Of a DNA stretch of 32,000 nt, positions 29,135 through 32,000 are shown piece by piece. The stretch is from the NCBI GenBank assembly GCA_029851245.1, contig CP099826.1, positions 104,281-136,280 of the forward strand, written 5' to 3'. Within the stretch, counting starts at the first letter, position 1. Each line of letters opens with the position of its first letter. The position numbers and the translations under genes are program-made. Origin of the DNA: Candidatus Saccharimonadota bacterium (GTDB taxonomy: Bacteria > Bacteroidota > Bacteroidia > Flavobacteriales > Blattabacteriaceae). The notes beneath the pieces are model-generated. The model was not told the DNA's origin. It saw only the letters and a program-made list of their open reading frames with translations, and made no database searches.

Positions 29135-30347
29135 TAAAAAATATATTAATAAAAATTTAAAATTATTTTTTTTTTCTAAAAATATAGGAGTTGGCTTACC
29201 AATATGGTTATCTGATGGATTTTATATATATAAAAAAATAAAAAATTTAATTTATAAAATTAATATTAATAATAATTATGAAGAAGTATTTACACCACAT
29301 ATTACTAAAGAATATTTATTTAAAAAATCTGGACATTTAGATAAATATTATAATAATATATTTAAAATTAATAGTAAAGAAAATTTATATATAAAACCTA
29401 TGAATTGTCCATTTCATTGTGAAATATATAAATTTTATAAAGATATAAGTTATAAAATGTTACCTAAAAGATATTTTGAATTTGGTAGTGTATATAGAAA
29501 AGAGAAAAGTGGAGAAATTAATAATTTATTAAGAACAAGGTTTTTTACACAAGATGATGGACATATATTTTGTAGAAATAAAAAAAAACAAATTTATAAA
29601 GAAATATTAAATATTATAAAGAATATTATTAAATTATATAAATTTTTTAAATTTAATAAAATATATATTAGATTTTCATTAAGAAATAAAAATAAAAATA
29701 ATAAATATATAGGAAATAATAAATTATGGAAAAAATCTGAAAATATTATTTTATATATTAAGAAAATTATTAATATTAAATATAAATATAAAAATTATAT
29801 TAAATATAATGATGCAGCATTTTATGGTCCTAAAATAGATTTTATTATAAAAGATAATAATAATAGAAAATGGCAATTAGGAACTATACAAATTGATTAT
29901 AATACACCAATTAGATTTAATTTAAAATATATTAATAAATATAATAAATATAAAATTCCAATTTTAATTCATAGAGCATATTTAGGTTCAATAGAGAGAT
30001 TTATATATATTTTAATAGAACATAATAAAGGAAATATACCAATATTTTTATTAAAAAAACAATTAGTTATTATACCAATAAATAATAATGTATTAAATTA
30101 TTCAAAAAAAATTTTAAATATTTTAATTAAAAAAAAAATTAGAACAATAATATATAATGATAATAATAATATTAATAAAAAAATTAAAATTAATATTAAA
30201 TTTATACCAATAATATTTATTATAGGAGAAAAAGAAAAAAATAATAAAACTATATCAATAATAATAAAAAATAAAGGTAATATTGGAACATTTAAAATAA
30301 AAAAGGCTATTAAATATATAATTAATTATATTAATAAAATATATTAA
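29127..30347 (+). CDS. thrS: Threonine--tRNA ligase, catalytic plus anticodon-binding domains only (no N-terminal TGS or editing domains)
   Basis: 406 aa. GLPIWLSDGFYIY, SGHLDKYYNNIF, YIKPMNCPFHCEIY, FGSVYRKEKSGEINNLLRTRFFTQDDGHIFC, AFYGPKIDF, WQLGTIQIDYN and ILIHRAYLGSIERF. It starts where the E. coli ThrRS catalytic domain starts (about residue 240). Confidence 0.88.
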   Translation: MNNKKYINKNLKLFFFSKNIGVGLPIWLSDGFYIYKKIKNLIYKININNNYEEVFTPHITKEYLFKKSGHLDKYYNNIFKINSKENLYIKPMNCPFHCEIYKFYKDISYKMLPKRYFEFGSVYRKEKSGEINNLLRTRFFTQDDGHIFCRNKKKQIYKEILNIIKNIIKLYKFFKFNKIYIRFSLRNKNKNNKYIGNNKLWKKSENIILYIKKIINIKYKYKNYIKYNDAAFYGPKIDFIIKDNNNRKWQLGTIQIDYNTPIRFNLKYINKYNKYKIPILIHRAYLGSIERFIYILIEHNKGNIPIFLLKKQLVIIPINNNVLNYSKKILNILIKKKIRTIIYNDNNNINKKIKINIKFIPIIFIIGEKEKNNKTISIIIKNKGNIGTFKIKKAIKYIINYINKIY

Positions 30348-30392
30348 TTTATAATTATATTATTATATTAAATAATAATATTAACAATTTAA

Positions 30393-30980
30393 ATATTTAA
30401 TAAAATTATTAAAAATAATAATAAATTTTTTGATATTAATATAATATCAAATGAAAAAATAAAAAGTAAAAAAGTAAGATTAGTAGATAGTGATATATTA
30501 GAAAATAAAATATATAATATTGATGAATTATTAAAAAAAGTATCTAAATTAAATTTAGATATTATAGAAATTAATAATAAAGTATACCCTACAATAGTAA
30601 AAATTATTAATTTAAATAAATATTTATATAAAATAAAAAAAATTAATAAAAAAAGAATTTTAAATAAAAAAAGAAAATATATTAAAGAAATAAGATTAAG
30701 TATAAATATTAATAATAATGATATTAAATATAAGATAAATAATGCTAAAAAATTTTTTTTAAAGAAAAATAAAGTAAAATTTACAATATTTTTTAGAGGT
30801 AGAGAGATAATTTATAAAAGAGAAGGGTTAAAAAAATTATTAAATTTATCAAAAAATTTAAATAAATATGCAAGTATTCAAAAATATCCTTTTATGGATA
30901 GAAAAAAAATGATAATGATTATGTCACCATTAACAATAATAAATAATAATAATAATGAAAAAAAAAAAATTAAAAACTAA
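30393..30980 (+). CDS. infC: Translation initiation factor IF-3 with a non-AUG start (ATA/ATT); the exact start is uncertain between 30393 and about 30441
   Basis: Not in the ORF track. My own translation of the open frame gives ...SNEKIKSKKVRLVDSDILENKIYNIDELLKKVSKLNLDIIEIN..VYPTIVKIINLNKYLYK..IKEIRLSINI..NDIKYKINNAKKFFLKKNKVKFTIFFRGREIIYKREG...MDRKKMIMIMSP. This is colinear with IF-3 and sits in the conserved thrS-infC-rpmI-rplT order. There is no in-frame ATG/GTG/TTG upstream of the conserved core. Confidence 0.8.
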   Translation: MFNKIIKNNNKFFDINIISNEKIKSKKVRLVDSDILENKIYNIDELLKKVSKLNLDIIEINNKVYPTIVKIINLNKYLYKIKKINKKRILNKKRKYIKEIRLSININNNDIKYKINNAKKFFLKKNKVKFTIFFRGREIIYKREGLKKLLNLSKNLNKYASIQKYPFMDRKKMIMIMSPLTIINNNNNEKKKIKN

Positions 30981-31152
30981 ATCTAGTTCTAAAAAAAGAT
31001 TTAAAATTTTATTTAATAAAAAAATAAAAAGAAAATATTCATTTAAAAATCATAATTTAATGAAAAAATCTAATAAAAGAAAAAAAAGATTATCTAAATT
31101 TATATTATTAAATAAAAGAGATAATAAAAATATTAAATTGCATTTTAATTAA
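30955..31152 (+). CDS. rpmI: 50S ribosomal protein L35
   Basis: 65 aa. MKKKKLKTKSSSKKRFKI...IKRK.SFKNHNLMKKSNKRKKRL matches the L35 pattern. Its start overlaps the infC 3' end by 26 nt. Confidence 0.85.
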   Translation: MKKKKLKTKSSSKKRFKILFNKKIKRKYSFKNHNLMKKSNKRKKRLSKFILLNKRDNKNIKLHFN

Positions 31153-31184
31153 AAAATGTAATTTTAAACAAATATTATAAAATA

Positions 31185-31526
31185 ATGCCTAGATCTAAAA
31201 ATATTGTAGCTTCAAAAAAAAGAAGAAAAAAATATTTAAAATTAGCAAAAGGATTTTATGGAGCTAAAAGAAGATGTTATACAATTGCAAAAAATGCAGT
31301 TGAAAAATCTTGGAAAAATTCTTATATTGGTAGAAAAAATAAAAAAAAAAATTATAGAAAATTATGGATACAAAGAATAAATATATATGTTAGAAAATTT
31401 GGAATTACATATTCAAAATTTATTAATATTTTAAAAAAAAAAAATATTATTTTAAATAGAAAAGTATTATGTTATTATTTTTCAATAAAAGAAATAAATA
31501 AAGAATTTATAAAAAATATTTTATAA
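31185..31526 (+). CDS. rplT: 50S ribosomal protein L20
   Basis: 113 aa. MPRSKNIVASKKRRKKYLKLAKGFYGAKRRCYTIAKNAVEKSW and RKLWIQRIN... are canonical L20. Confidence 0.92.
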   Translation: MPRSKNIVASKKRRKKYLKLAKGFYGAKRRCYTIAKNAVEKSWKNSYIGRKNKKKNYRKLWIQRINIYVRKFGITYSKFINILKKKNIILNRKVLCYYFSIKEINKEFIKNIL

Positions 31527-31540
31527 AAATAATAAATTAT

Positions 31541-32000
31541 TTAAATGTAATATTTATTTAAATTTTTTGATATTTCGGTATTATAAAATATTTTTTTAGC
31601 TTCATATTTAAAAATATTAATATTAGGATGTCTACAAGAATAATGGCCTAATAATAATTTTTTAGCATTTGATAGTTTTGCAATATTAGCTGCATCTATA
31701 CTTGTAGAATGTCCTCTAATATATGCTAAATTTTTATATTTATTTAAAAAAGTAGATTCATGATATAATAAATCAACATTTTTTAAATATTTAATAATTT
31801 TTGGGTAAAATGAAGTATCACTGCAAAATGCATATGATAAAGGTTTTTTAGCTTTAAATGTTAAATAATTATTATCTATAATTTTACCATTTTTTTTAAT
31901 AAAATTTTTTCCTTTTTTAATATTTAAATAATCTGAAATTTTAATTTCTTTTATTTTTTTTACATTTATAATATTTAAATTTTTTAATTTTTTTTTTTCT
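31541..32000 (-). CDS. rnz: Ribonuclease Z (metallo-beta-lactamase fold tRNA 3' endonuclease), C-terminal part (partial; the gene continues past the window end)
   Basis: Not in the ORF track. My own reverse-strand translation is open to the window edge: ...KPLSYAFCSDTSFYPKIIKYLKNVDLLYHESTFLNKYKNLAYIRGHSTSIDAANIAKLSNAKKLLLGHYSCRH...KYYI-stop. This matches the RNase Z C-terminal motifs (Y.sDT, LiHE.T, gHST..AA..A, L.L.H.S.R). Confidence 0.75.
   Translation of the reverse strand, partial: EKKKLKNLNIINVKKIKEIKISDYLNIKKGKNFIKKNGKIIDNNYLTFKAKKPLSYAFCSDTSFYPKIIKYLKNVDLLYHESTFLNKYKNLAYIRGHSTSIDAANIAKLSNAKKLLLGHYSCRHPNINIFKYEAKKIFYNTEISKNLNKYYI

Overview
This window is an ordinary core-genome stretch from an extremely A+T-rich bacterial genome (roughly 85% A+T by eye; intergenic DNA is almost pure A/T). 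It is very gene-dense and looks highly reduced. I support 31 protein genes and 6 tRNA genes. One of the protein genes (cysS) is frameshifted and three (infC, the asnS 3' end and the rnz 3' end) are missing or incomplete in the ORF track. Most content is information processing: aminoacyl-tRNA synthetases asnS, aspS, cysS, proS and thrS; translation factors and ribosomal proteins lepA, infC, rpsO, rpsP, rpmI and rplT; tRNA and translation-quality functions smpB, def, fmt, tilS, miaA, cca and rnz; plus pnp, rpoD, gyrB, mutL and groES-groEL. Three dispersed shikimate/prephenate genes (a DAHP synthase-chorismate mutase fusion, aroC, aroK) sit among them, together with pfkA, an IscS-type cysteine desulfurase and uppP. 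Several features point to a Bacteroidota (Flavobacteriales-type) insect endosymbiont: the GroEL sequence, a short ~290-aa primary sigma factor, an archaeal-type ProRS, the DAHPS-CM fusion and a DUF3127-like protein. The combination of extreme AT content and retained shikimate genes resembles the tyrosine-precursor-supplying beetle symbionts (Candidatus Shikimatogenerans-like), but that is an inference, not a database hit. The standard code (UGA = stop) fits all conserved genes. I found no mobile elements, CRISPR arrays, defence or toxin systems, prophage genes, or any convincing undescribed multi-gene system. The points worth a second look are signs of genome erosion: a +1 frameshift in cysS at an A8/T8 tract, with a UUU-CGA context that could also support translational +1 frameshifting. 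thrS lacks its N-terminal editing half. mutL appears to have lost its endonuclease motif. uppP has its catalytic His replaced. Very long in-frame A/T homopolymers occur in essential genes. infC starts on a non-AUG codon. All tRNA genes lack an encoded CCA, and cca and rnz are both retained.
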